Positions 1-12,736 are shown, counted from the stretch's first letter. The stretch is 64,000 bases of DNA from Octopus sinensis (GCF_006345805.1 NC_043000.1:148738001-148802000), one strand, 5' to 3'. Notes: generated from the sequence alone by a model not told the origin. Program-made: numbers and translations.

Positions 1-179
1 TAGCAGAAGCTATCAACTGCTTCTAGTTTTTCACCCTGGCATGTTATGGAATGTTTTCTGAGCATGTGTTTATTGCCCCTGTGCATCTGCACACAAGAAA
101 GCTATCTTCCCAGTTAATCTTTCTTTGATGTTGCTGCACCTCTTATGTGTCCATAGCTTACACTGGGTACATCTTCTGT

Positions 180-722
180 CAAAGGTAATGATTGAGACCT
201 TTGGCATTATGCTGTGCTTGAGATGAAGACTCATCAATCTAAGCAAAATCACAGTTGTGACAGATATGGGCCTCATGGCGGCAATGACCAACACCTTTGA
301 AGCACTTTTCGAGTGTTGGGCCTGTCAGAGGTAATGACTAAAACCTTTGGCATTATGCTATGCTTGAGATGAAAACCTGTCAAGCCAAGCAAAATCGCAA
401 TTGTGACAGATATGGGCCTCACAGAGGCTATGACGAAGACTTTTGGCATTATATTGTGCTTGAGAAGAAGACCCATCAAGCTGAGAAAAATCGGGGTCAT
501 GGCAGATACTGGTGTCATGCAAATGGCACCTGTGTTGGTGGTACGTAAAAGCAGCCATTACACTATCAGAGTGGTTGGCATTAGGAAGGGCATCCAGTAG
601 TAGAAAACCATGCCAAATCAGATTGGCGTCTGGTGCAGCTTTCCAGCTTGCCAGCTTCAAGCAAACCACATAACCCATGCCAATATGGACAATGGATGTT
701 AAATGATGATAATGATGATGAT
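180..722 (+). mobile_element. Family A short retroelement ((GAT)n tail, RTE-like 3' end) with duplicated 5' sub-repeats
   Basis: GGCGTTAGGAAGGGCATCCAG..AGAAAC core and GCATGGA..GGA(C/T)GTTAAATGATGATG tail; three CCTTTGGCATTAT..TGCTTGAGA units. Confidence 0.75.
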
Positions 723-834
723 GATTATGTCCTACTTACTAAGACTTTGGATTTTGCTAGGTTAACTCTAACACCCTTCATTTCTAGAGCTCGCTTTCTC
801 ACCTGAAACTATATATATATATATATTTTATTTT

Positions 835-1131
835 AAAATGTTTCAGCTACAAAGCTGCGATCATACTGGAGCACCACCGTTGATGGAGCTACACCATTAT
901 TCGGAACCTCTTCTGATATATGGCATTTGGTCGACGAGGGAGTTTGATGCTGCTGCCCTCATCTCTGTTTCCTGCTGGGAGGTAGGCTTGTCTGGAACCT
1001 GTATCAGGAAGAGGTCCAGTTTTGTTTTAAAAACACTTACATCCACACCATGCAGGTCTCTCAGGCATTTTTTGAAGAATATTAAAGAGCTGTGGGACCC
1101 TTAAAGCCCAAGTTGTTGCAGTATCTGGTCC
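835..1131 (-). mobile_element. LINE ORF2 3' fragment (L2/Crack/Daphne-like), degraded
   Basis: Minus translation GPQLFNI..KCLRDLHG....FKTKLDLFL..VPD.P......RAAASNSLVDQ; in-frame stop and frameshift upstream. Confidence 0.7.
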
Positions 1132-1577
1132 TATATATATATATATATAGTTGAAAAAAGGTTAGAGATTTATACAAATCAAATTTCAAATAACGTGAGT
1201 TCAGAGTTCATGGCTGTTTTCTGCACCAGCTTCACATAGCAGCCCCAGCCCGTCCAAAGTACCTTGGATCACAGAACAGCCTGCTGTGCTTACCTTGAAT
1301 CGCAGGGTGACCTGCTGTGCTTGAGGAGACCTATTGAGTCAAGTACATCAACATCAAAATAAAAATCAATTGGAAATTGTAGTTATGATACCTGGGCCGG
1401 TGGCAGGTAAAAAGCACCCACTACACTCATGGAGTGGTTGGCATTAGGAAGGGCATCCAGCTGTAGAAACACTGCCAGATCAGACTGGAGCTTGGTGCAG
1501 CCTCCTGGCTTCCCAAACCCCGGTTGAACCGTCCAACCCATGCTAGCATGGAAAACGGACGTTAAATGATGATGATG

Positions 1578-2049
<472 letters not shown>

Positions 2050-2050
<1 letters not shown>

Positions 2051-2345
2051 TATTTACTTCCTGTCCCAGGTAGACATATTCCTTCACCTCCTCTATTTCA
2101 TCACTGCCGATCACCATTCGACCTGTTGGTACATTGTCTGACCGCATGAACTTTGTTTTCATGCGGTTCATCTTGGGACCTACTGCAGAACGTTTAATGT
2201 CAAGCTCCGTCAGCATGGTCTGAAGCTGATCCATGTTTTCAGCGATGAGTACGATGTCGTCAGCGAAACAGAGGTGAGTGAGGAGTTTGCCATTGATGTT
2301 GACACCACCTTGCCAGTCGATGCCTCTGATGATCTGTTCGAGACA
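2050..2345 (-). mobile_element. RTE-clade LINE reverse transcriptase fragment
   Basis: GVNINGKLLTHLCFADDIVLIA...KMN..KTKFM...[11 protein letters not shown]; bounded by microsatellites. Confidence 0.9.
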
Positions 2346-3060
2346 CACACACAAAACTTTTCTTTAATCCAATACTCTCCAATGAGTTTTAAATCAAAGA
2401 AAATGGAAAAAGTTTTATAAGAGACATTATTTTAATCAATATATATATCCATGCTGTATTATGTACTGAGCATTTTGCCTTAAATTGTGACTCTCTGTTT
2501 TGGGAAAAGTGACACGATAACTGCATAAATAATCGTTCCAGATCTTACTGCATGTGGTGCAAATAACGATTTTTTTATCAACTGGCAGATATAAGCACCA
2601 GCCAGCAAAACAATTTGTCCCTTGACAGTATAAACAAAGCCAGCAGCTTTGTTTAAGCTCAGAGTTCTGTCTGCTTCTCAGTGACAAATCACATGTCAAA
2701 ACATCAGTGTCCCAAAATACCATGTGCCAATGAGCTGAGAGTGATGAACGTTGTTGTGATAGAAAGGAGGAGTTATTCTCCTTTCACATACACTACAGCA
2801 ACCAGCATATTTTGCATCGTTAAAAATAAATTTGTGAATAATCATAACATATAATATCTATATCATTATCCTTTAACGTCTGTCTTCTATGCTGGCATTG
2901 GTTGGACAGGAGCTGGCCTACCAGAGGACTGCACCAAACTCCACTCTGTTCATCATCATAATTTAATGTCCATTTTCCATGCAGGCATGGGTTGGACTGT
3001 TTGACAGGGACTGACCAGCCTAAGGGCTGTTTAGGTTCCATGTCTGTTCAATATATATAT

Positions 3061-3462
3061 ACTCTCTTTACTCTTTTACTTGTTTCAGTCATTTGACTGC
3101 GGCCATGCTGGAGCACCGCCTTTAGTCGAGCAAATCTACCCCGGGACTTATTCTTTGTAAGCCCAGTACTTATTCTATCGGTCTCTTTTGCCAAACCGCT
3201 AGGTGACGGGGACGTAAACACACCACCATCGGTTGTCAAGCAATGCTTGGGGGACAAACACAGACACACAAACACATACACACACATATATATATACATA
3301 TATACGACAGGCTTCTTTCAGTTTCCGTCTACCAAATCCACTCACAAGGCATTGGTCGGCCTGGGGCTATAGCAGAAGACACTTGCCCAAGATGTCACAC
3401 TGTGGGATTGAACCCGGAACCATGTGGTTGGTTAGCAAGCTACTTACCACACAGCCACTCCT
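3061..3462 (-). mobile_element. tRNA-headed SINE family B (internal TA/TG microsatellite, (AAGAGT)n tail)
   Basis: GGAGTGGCTGTGTGG..GGTTCAGTCCC head and CTTGGGCAAGTGTCTTC core; many near-identical copies in window. Confidence 0.88.
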
Positions 3463-3885
3463 ATATAATCATCAATTATATATATAATCATCATAATTTT
3501 AACATTCAGTTTTCTATGCTTGCATGGGTCAGACAAAATTCCTTGAGGTATATTTTCAATGGCCAGATGCTCTTCCTGGTGCTAATCTTCCAAATATATT
3601 TCCCCAGAAAATTGCAAACAAAAACATCATTTGTACAAAAGTACCGTTTGTTTAGAATCAGCATGAGATGTCGGAACAAGGAGACACAAACACATATACA
3701 CACACACACACACACAATATGTATAGGCATGGCTGTGTGGTTAAGATGTTGACTTCCCAACCATATGGTCTCAGGTTCAGTCTCTCTGCATGCCACCTTG
3801 AGCAAGTGTCTTATATTATGACCCTGAGCCAGCTAAAGTTTTATGAGTAGATTTGGGAGATAGAAACTGAAAGAAGCTCATCAAA

Positions 3886-3917
<32 letters not shown>

Positions 3918-4420
3918 AGCATGTGTTTGTGTCTCTTTGTCTTGATATTGTACAACAGTTGTACACAAGCATCCCAGTTTCATAAATGGTATCATTCAAA
4001 TTCAATTTTCCATAGAAAACGAGTGTGGCCATGGAGCAAATATTACCTTGCTTAGAAACAGGTGAGAGTTGGTGACAGGGAGGGCATCTTCTAATAGAAA
4101 ATCTGCCTCAATGAATTCTGTCTGACCCATGCAAGCATGGAAGAGTAGACATTGATGATGATGATGATGACATATGATGGTTCTCTTTTCAGTTTCCATC
4201 TACCAAATTAACTCACAATGTTTTGGTCAGACTAGGATTGGAGCAGAAAAACATTTACCCAAGGTACTCTACAGTGGGACTGAACCAGTAACCATGTGAC
4301 TGCAAAGTAAATTTCTTAACCACAGATTCATGCTCATACATATACATGTACACACACACACACACACACACATACACAAAGATTTTGTATTAGTGAGATT
4401 GTGGTAGACATTTGATCCTT

Positions 4421-4615
4421 GAGGGCGGCGAGCTGGCGGAATCGTTAGCACGCCGGGCAAAATGCCTAGCGGTATTTCGTCTGCTGTTACATTCTGAGTT
4501 CAAATTCCGCCGAGGTCGACTTTGCCTTTCATCCTTTCGGGGTCGATAAATTAAGTACCAGTTACGCACTGGGTCGATGTAATTGACTTAATCCGTTTGT
4601 CTGTCCTTGTTTGAT
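4421..4615 (+). mobile_element. tRNA-headed SINE family C (GCCTTTCATCCTTTCGGGGTCGATAAA core)
   Basis: GGCGAGCTGGC..AATCGTTAGC head and GAGTTCAAATTCC B-box. Confidence 0.82.
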
Positions 4616-6430
4616 CCTTTACATTCAGTAATTATTCCAAGCTAGACTGACTAGGATAGTTTTTATTGGTGCAATTTACCACTCAGCCAGAAATATTAGA
4701 ACCATAGAAACTGAATGAATCAAAATACTTTTCTAATAAAACAAAGCAAAAAATTTTCATCATTATTTCATTATTTACAAATAAAATGTACATGATATAG
4801 TAAAAATATAGAAAAATAGTTTAATGGAAACTCTTCTGAGTACAGAATTATCACAGATTCCATAGTAATGTTCAATACAAATATTTAAAACTTAAAACTT
4901 ATAAACCCATGTTTAAAATTAATTTAACAGAGTCATTTATAAAATTACAAATGATTTTTTAAGTCATATGCCATTTTGTATTTCAATGCTTTTGTTCATT
5001 CAAAAAATGATATATTCATCTCTAAAAAATATAACCTATTATTAGTACTTAATATTTTGTCATTATATCTAAACCAGTGTATAGAGCTAAGTACCTTTCT
5101 GAATAATTAAGGAATATGTTTTTCATAAGGAAATTAACGAAGGGAAAGAATTTTTTTTTAAATGAAGTAATGATTTTCTAACAACCTTTTAGCAGCACTA
5201 TAGGTACCCATGCAGATCATTGCATTAGACCCTTTATTTATTAACAGCAAGCCACAGCATACATAGATCAGAATTGGGCCTCTACACTTGTAATACTGAC
5301 CACTGAGCAATTACCCAATGTGCCTATGTCTTAAGGTGACATTGCCTGTTAGATGACCAGCAACTCATTTGTTGAAACTCACACACACACAAATGCTGTT
5401 GTTTACTGGTAAATAGTAAAAAATCATTACACTTTGGAAATTTATTTTTCACTAAATTCATTATGGAAACTTTCCTTTTTAATTCTCAGATGTTCCCCTA
5501 ACCTCATGTTCAGGTTCGATGTCAAAAATTTAAGGACTTACTTTAGGTAAATACATAATTTGAGCAAGAGAATGAGATGATGTCCCAATATACCTTCTCT
5601 ATTTTAAGCAAATTTCTTGTGGAGCTTGTCCAAAAGGGAAAAAAATCACTCAAGAAGTACAAACCATCTGAATTCCAACAATGCATAGGTTTGGTGTTCA
5701 ATTCGAGTTGCATTAAACAGATGAGAAACAATTTGTCCTTAAATAGGACACTCATATACAATAGATACACTTCTCTCTGCTATAGAATGTTAGCACTGCA
5801 AGCTGATGAAAATCAATAATTTCACAGTGCTGTTACTGCATAAAGCAGTGAATGGTAGCATTATTCCTTCTAAGCTATGTACATGCGTGCCTGCACCTAT
5901 ATTTTTGCAATCAGTGCATTACAGAATTAATGTGTGCATAAATTGCTAGTTACCTAGTATATGCATTGTTGTCACAAGAAAATAATTTGCACCAACATAA
6001 AGATTTTTGCACACACTGACTATTAAAAATTTGAAGGAACATTGGTAGGAGAACTGAGCTACTGAAAGCTAAAATACCTTGGATAGGAACACAATGCAGA
6101 AACAATGACTGGTAACTCTTCACTTGGTTGTCCCTCACCTAACCCAAATGGTTATACTAAATCAGATGCAGATCTTGCAAGAGCCACAAAATCTGCTAAA
6201 CACATCTTTAGTAGACCTGTCTAACACTTGCCCTATGCGCAACTTGTTAAGAAACTTTTCACTTTTGGAGTTATGATCATCATGATCACCACCAACATGA
6301 TTATCATCATCAATAACATTAGGTAGAGAGAATAAAAAAATTGTATACCTTCTATTTAATATTTTCCTTAACTATATATCATTTTAAAAATAATAAAAGA
6401 TTTTGTGTGAAAAATATGATTTAATATGGT

Positions 6431-6618
6431 CTAGTCATTTTCTTCATAATTATAGGCAAATTTCTCGTGACCGTCAAAAGCAACTTTTTGTCCATGAATT
6501 AAACATTGTATAACCCACTCTGTTGACAATAGAGGAATGTGTTGAGTGTCTGCTTGTTCAATTATATCCGGTGGACAGCTTCTGTCTGTGATGACTGCGT
6601 CTACAGATTTATTGGATC
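6431..6618 (-). CDS. TP53BP1: 53BP1 terminal coding exon, BRCT2 (VDAVITDRSCP...LSTEWVIQCLIHG...stop)
   Basis: ORF 6431..6655; DxVxTDxSCP and SxEWVIQCLI BRCT signature; TTTCAG acceptor; TAG stop at 6431-6433. Confidence 0.96.
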
Positions 6619-6691
6619 CTGAAACATGAAATATCAACAATGAGATGCTAAACATATGAAATGAAATATTATTTGGGATATATTATATATA

Positions 6692-6731
<40 letters not shown>

Positions 6732-6861
6732 CACACACACACACATTAGTTTGGTTATATATACATATATGCATACATTACTTTGGTTATAAATATCTAT
6801 GTATTACGGAGATGTACTTGCATAGCGAGTGACTTGATCTGAGATCGTGTGCTGGAACGAA

Positions 6862-7159
6862 AACAATTGCAGCGTGGAAGGTGTTTATAAGCCATTTAAG
6901 AAACACACAAAACCGTTAGATTCACTTCAACAATTAAATTTAATTTGTCAAAATATTTTTGTCGCTTTGAGACCGCGACCTGTTCACTGACAAAACTTCG
7001 TGCTGCATGAAGAGATGCAGCACGAAGCTTTGTCAGTGAACAGGTCGCGGTCTCAAGTGACAAAAATATTTTGACAAATTAAATTTAATGTTGAAGTGAA
7101 TCTAACGGTTTTGTGTGTTTCTTAAATGGCTTATAAACACCTTCCATGCTGTAATTGTT
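6862..7159. repeat. Head-to-head palindrome (about 146-bp arms, 6-nt loop) of a short hammerhead-bearing repeat; third copy at 10357-10503
   Basis: 6862-7008 is the reverse complement of 7015-7159 with few mismatches; loop GAAGAG at 7009-7014. Confidence 0.93.
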
Positions 7160-7165
7160 ATATAT

Positions 7166-7216
<51 letters not shown>

Positions 7217-7271
7217 CGTTTAAATATTTGTTGTGCAAGATTTTTTATGTGAAGGTCGTGTGTTGAAACAG

Positions 7272-10200
7272 ATATTGTTTATATTCGGAATGGTCATATT
7301 GCCAGTTTAGCCAATAAAAACACACGCACTATATATTTGGTGTTATTTTGCTTCAGTGATATTTATTTTTTACATTAATCTTAATCTTATTTCGGCCAAA
7401 GTTCTTTCGTCACACTCCTGTGACCGCATCAGTGGTCCTTTGTTTTCTTCTCACTTACTTGTGTCTCTCCTTACTAACCGTCAGCCATTTTGTATTTCTA
7501 TTGTATGTCTTCATTTGCGCATGCTTATATCTCTATGTGCGTCTATGTTTTTTAGTGTGTGTGTGTGGGGGGGATGCCTGTAATATTTGTATCTTCTGGT
7601 TATATACATTCTTGTAATTTGTATTTTGTTTTTGTTGTTGTTGCTTTTGTTCTAATTTTGTTCATGTGTTTACATCTACCCATTATTATCATTACATATG
7701 CTTGTATGTATGTATAACAACAATATTAGTAATAATAATAATAAATCTAATTGAAAAAAAAAAAAAATATATAATATATATATATATATATATAATATAT
7801 ATATATACATATATATATATACACATATACACACACATATACACATATACATACACACATATATACACATATACATATATATAGTTATTCATTTCTATTT
7901 CTTTAATTATCTGTGCATTTATTATGTTTGCAGGATCCACTATCGTCATATGTTGTGGTGTGCACTATTGCTCCATTCTAGTTTTCTATTCAGGCTAGGT
8001 TTATTTTCTATTATATGTGTAGCTTCTGTAATTTGTCTAATTGTTGCATCTGTTCTATGTGTGGACAATATCTTAATCTCTATGTTATTGATTGATCCCC
8101 CGTGTTCTTGTTCAGCGTGTTGGTACAGAATCGATGAGCTTTTACCTTCCTTGAGTTGTCTCCAATGTTCATTCGCCCGCTCACCAATGCTTCTTGCTGT
8201 TTCCCCTACGTATGTTACTGTCTTGTTACTGCATCGTCCCTCTATACATCTTATACTATAGACCACATTTCTGGCTTTACAGTTTGTTTGTGGGCTAAAT
8301 CTACATACAGTGCAATAGTTATCCGTACAGAGAGTTCTACTAAAAGGATAGCTTCTACCAATTATAGATCTGATAGGGTTGCCTGGCTTTTCAACAACCT
8401 TAATTCTTAGTTTAAGTTTATCTAGGGTCCTTCTAAAGCGGTACGCCAGTTCACCTCCAGGGGTGGTGTCACGAACATGACATTCTGGTATTTATGGCTA
8501 TCATACCAAGAGTTGGCCTTCCCTATTTTCTTTTTTGTCCTTTCTATAGTGTTCCATGACTTGTTCCTATAGAGTGGGCAAATCCCATTCCTATCATTAC
8601 ATAATATATTATCAAATTTCTTCATGGCTCCTTTGTATACTCTGACCCTTTCTTTATGGCTGTAACCTGAGAACTGCATGCGGTGAATGAAATACTGTAT
8701 GTGTCTCTTTAATTCTGTAGGCTCGCACATGCGTGACACATTTCTCATTATTCTGACGAGGTCTGCCATCAAAATATTGAATTTGGCATTGCCCGCAATG
8801 GCTGAGTTCCGGTGGATCAGGTATTTTGAGGCCATAGGTTTTGCATAGTATGAATGAAGGATTTGGGTTTTATTTTTCACAATTTCTAGCCAGAGTTCAG
8901 TGTCTAGTACTGGTAGTCTATGGTTGGGGTGTTTAGTGGGGTAGTCTATTGTGACCTTAATACTCTGGTGGATGGAGTTAGCTATTTGCTGGATGCTCTC
9001 CATAGTATTAGTTTCTATTACTATATCAACATTACTCTCTTGTGGGGGTGCCTTTACTACTATATTGATATCATCAACATAACGAGAGTACATGTTTACG
9101 AGTATGGATTTCTGCAGTAGGCATTCTTTAAGCCTTCTGTCCCACCATACCATGAAGAGGTTGGCCACATCACCAGCGATACTAACACCGATGGCTGCCC
9201 CCTCGTCCTGGGCATATATTTTATTATTAAATTTAAATGTGTGGCCTTTTAGGGTAACTCTTATACTAGCTCCTAGTGCATGTGCGATCATTTTCTTTAC
9301 CTGATGGACATTTGTGGGGCTCCGTATGGCTCTGGTCCATCCGCGCCATCTTTCTATATGTGTCTTCCTAGCCATAGAAGTAATTGTAGGCGGTCTACCT
9401 CTTAAACATCTACTGGGGCAGAAACTACTAAGATTATGTTTATCTAAGTATTCACTATTATATGTCAGTCTAAGTAGGAGGCCCAGTTCATCTGTGTCGA
9501 CATTACAGAACTCCACCTGGCTCTCATTGATCATCTCCACGCACTTCTCCACTGCAAAATCTACGTCAATCGATGGGTATAGGGATACCACATCCATGCT
9601 ACCTACTATACATCCTGTCAAGTCACAAGTTTTGTTACAGTCACTGATCCTGCTTAGGAGATCTTCTGTGCTGTCACACACATCAGGTGACATCCTGATT
9701 ATAGGGCGTATGATCATTGAGAGGAAGTAGGAGATTCTGTAATTGCTAGCGATATTCGCTCCACAGACTGGTCTTGTTGGTGGTCCTGCTATAGGGTCAG
9801 TAAAACCTTTATGGTCCTTGTGAAGTCCATACAGTGCCGGGATATCATTGTTCCAGGCTTGGAAATTCCTTGCAGTACGTTTCTGAGGTCCCAGAACAAT
9901 TGTCCACATCATCATTAGAACAAAAGCAACAACAACAAAAACAAAATACAAATTACAAGAATGTATATAACCAGAAGATACAAATATTACAGGCATCCCC
10001 CCCACACACACACTAAATAAACATAGACGCACATAGAGATATAAGCATGCGCAAATGAAGACATACAATAGAAATACAAAATGGCTGACGGTTAGTAAGG
10101 AGAGACACAAGTAAGTGAGAAGAAAACAAAGGACCACTGATGCGGTCACAGGAGTGTGACGAAAGAACTTTGGCCGAAATAAGATTAAGATTAATGTAAA

Positions 10201-10297
10201 AAATAAATATCACTGAAGCAAAATAACACCAAATATATAGTGCGTGTGTTTTTATTGGCTAAACTGGCAATATGACCATTCCGAAATATAACAATAT
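7272..10297 (-). mobile_element. Penelope-like retroelement (probably Neptune-type): 5'-truncated RT plus GIY-YIG endonuclease, flanked by inverted ~385-bp pseudo-LTRs
   Basis: ORF 8422..10149 has LYGLHKDHK, MDVVSLYPSID, GAAIG, YSRYVDD, LPVLD, YAKP. The second frame continues through a Cys-rich linker into VYSIRC..YVGET.R...R..EH..E...I...P.LN (to 7946). 7272-7656 is the reverse complement of 9914-10297. Confidence 0.93.
10131..10175 (+). ncRNA. Degenerate hammerhead in the PLE pseudo-LTR (identical copy at 7394-7438 on minus)
   Basis: GGACCA CTGATGC G GTCACA-GGAG-TGTGAC GAAA GAACT T TGGCC; A9C substitution and bulged helix I. Confidence 0.6.
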
Positions 10298-10373
10298 ATA
10301 TATATATATATTATTTATATGAGATATATTTATATATATATTTATATTATTTATATGAGATGCAGCACATAGT

Positions 10374-10424
10374 TTTGTCAGTGAACAGGTCGCAGTCTCA
10401 AAGCGACGAAAATATTTTGACAAA
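10374..10424 (+). ncRNA. Minimal type I hammerhead ribozyme with G3-C8 swapped core pair
   Basis: Helix I TTTGTCA/TGACAAA; core GTGAACA+G; helix II GTCGC/GCGAC; GAAA; palindromic helix III AATATT; U17 at 10417. Confidence 0.75.
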
Positions 10425-10513
10425 TTAAATTTAAATGTTGAAGTGAATCTAACGGTTTTTGTGTGTTTCTTAAATGGCTTATAAACACCTTCCACGCTGC
10501 AATTATATATATA

Positions 10514-10825
10514 TCTTCATATATAAAAGTAAGGTTGTGTGTCTGTCTCCTACGATTTAGATTCCTAACTACTCCCACATTTTGCAGTGCAGTTTAACCA
10601 AAAGCGGGTATCTTATAGACGTGATTCATATCGAGCCCTTCTGGGTATTAGCGCGCGTCTACGATGAGTCTACGATTTAAAAAAAAATTTACCATAATTT
10701 TTCCGTATTTTTAATGCATTTTCGCTCGGTTTATATAAGGAAGTAACTCTCTAAAAATGTATTATTAAATCTCAGAACATAAAAATCCAGAGTAACAACC
10801 CCCTCCTTTGTGGTTAGCCATATTT
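10514..10825 (+). mobile_element. Helitron-like non-autonomous element, 5' part
   Basis: A|TCTTCATATATAAAAGTAAGGTTGTGTGTCTGTCT start; the 3' part shares AGTAACA..CC..GTGGTTAGCCATATT with 57265-57749. Confidence 0.6.
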
Positions 10826-10970
10826 AGTCTGCTGAGTTGGGCAAATAGATTCTGCTCTTATAGAGAAGATGAAGAGACAGGAGGAAATCAGGCAAATGCC
10901 TGAATTTGCAAACACAGCAAATTTGTAAGAAAATGTAAAAAATAAATGATAACAAAAATTACAAACAAAC

Positions 10971-11104
10971 CTTTAGTTTTTCTAAATTTCTTTATAATTC
11001 TACAGCCTGCAATTGTAAGAATCTCAGACCAAATATTGACAAATTCATTTTGACTTGAAGTTACTAAGATTTCAAAGTCTTCCAAACATTTTGCTTTCAT
11101 TTTG
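10971..11104 (-). CDS. TP53BP1: 53BP1 BRCT2 exon (LEDFEILVTSSQNEFVNIWSEILTIAG)
   Basis: ORF 10888..11112; matches FQNLKVLLVS...WSEILMTGG; T10-GTTCAG acceptor. Confidence 0.94.
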
Positions 11105-11289
11105 CTGAACAAAAAAAAAAGAAATAATATGAAACCTCAACTTATGAAAACTCAACAAGGTGGTGGAAAGTAACGAGGCATTAATAATTGCTTATTGAAT
11201 TTTTAGTATCACTGAAGCCATGATTAAAACATTTTTTAAACAGACAACACTAATGGGGATTTCTTATTTTCTTACTGTCATATTTTCCA

Positions 11290-12048
11290 GATGGTTGGTC
11301 GCTTGATTGTTCAGGAGTGAGCTAAGATAGCAAGCACACTATGAAGTATGGAATTCCATTGTTTTGGTTCAGAGATGATGGTGTGCATGGAAAGGTAAGC
11401 AAGCAACATTACATCTGGAGACAATAAAAACTTGTCATGCAAAACTGATGACCAAAGGCTCTGTGAACGATGCAAGAAGTGGCCATCCAACCACATCCCG
11501 ATCAGTGGAGAACGTGGCAACAGTGCAGAAAATGTTTAATCACAGCCCACAAATATCAAAACGTCAAGCAGCTGGACAAAGTGGACTAACAAGACACACA
11601 ATACGTATGGTGTTGTGTAAAGAATTAAATTTTCGTCCATGGAAACCCCATTATGTGCAGGGACTAAAACCTGAAGACTTTGACTGCAAAATGGAATGTG
11701 GAATGGTCTCCAAAAAGTCCAGATCTCATTCTGTGTGATTTTTACCTGTGAGGTTACACAAAAGAAGAGGTGTACAAGACAAAACCTTGCACACAGGAGG
11801 TTTTGGAGACACAGATTCAGGAGGTTCTCAATGATATCCCAGATGTCTTTAGAATGTTGTTCATTCCATCCCTGACCATTTGAGGAAACTGGTTGATGCC
11901 ACCAGTGCTCATGTTAAAATATGAAGATTTACTTTCATTTTCTCAGGTAATAAAGAACATGTGTCATTTGTTTCAATAAATTTGTAAAAGGAATATGGAT
12001 CTTATTACCAATTTTTTATGCCAACTTACTTTTCACCCAGCCTGTAGT
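11290..12048 (+). mobile_element. Internally deleted Tc1/mariner-superfamily transposon relic
   Basis: ORF 11448..11738 (RSGHPTTSRS.ENV..V.....SP..S.R..A..SGL...TI..VL) joined to a WPPRSPDL-like remnant and GY.KEEVY; right end ...CAGCCTGTA. Confidence 0.8.
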
Positions 12049-12353
12049 AAGAGGAGGGATATAATATCCAGGTAGATACCGAATGGCGTTAGGAAGGGCA
12101 TCCAGCCGTAGAAACACTGCCAAATCTAACTGGGCCTGATGAAGCCTTCTGGCTTCACAGACCCCAGTTAAACCGTCCAACCCATGCTAGCATGGAAAAC
12201 GGACGCTAAATGATGATGATGATGATGATGATGAAAATGCCAAGGCTGGCTCCTTCAGATGGTGTGTTTTATGGTAAACTTCATTTAACTCCCATCTGAA
12301 GCTACAGTTTATTTCTTGGCTACTTAGAGTGTAAGGTACAGTATTGATAATAA

Positions 12354-12736
12354 GGAGAATGAAGAATTTGAACATTCAAACTTTATGTTTATTTCCAGTT
12401 AGCTTATTCATAATAATTGTCCAACACACGTTTCAATCGTACCCATTGCATATTTATATGCAGTGATTTATGCATTATTAGTATGATCCCTTCAGGGTAT
12501 ACAAATATGACATTGATTAAAGAGAAATTGTCTTCTGTTATTAGATTGAATTACGCTTGGTAGAAGTAAATGATGACCTTTCAACAATGAACTATTTTTG
12601 TCAACTGATTGTTTGGGTAAAATTCAGCAATAGCTACAGCAGTGTTTGTACAATCGAAACAAGTGTCAGACAATTATTATGAAGAAGCTAACTGGAAATA
12701 AACATAGAGTTTGATTGTTCAAATTCTTCATTCTCC
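12354..12736. mobile_element. MITE with about 68-bp terminal inverted repeats
   Basis: GGAGAATGAAGAATTTGAAC...TAATAATTGTC at 12354 matches the reverse complement ending at 12736 (3 mismatches); no clear TSD. Confidence 0.82.

Noticed and set aside
2436-2723. Cys-rich 95-aa minus ORF
   Set aside because: No domain recognised and no convincing splice or start context.
5490-5819. Possible last exon(s) of a convergent plus-strand gene (CSPNLMFRFDVKNLRTYFR*; 80-aa ORF 5577..5819; overlapping minus ORF 5543..5770)
   Set aside because: No recognisable homology and no linkable upstream exon in 1-5490; could be 53BP1 3' UTR. TBLASTN or RNA-seq would settle it.
9914-10149. Hydrophobic N-terminal ~80 aa of the 575-aa ORF, suggesting a membrane-anchored RT
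   Set aside because: It is read-through of the inverted pseudo-LTR; RT similarity begins only after 9913, and the same peptide appears at 7420..7617 on plus.
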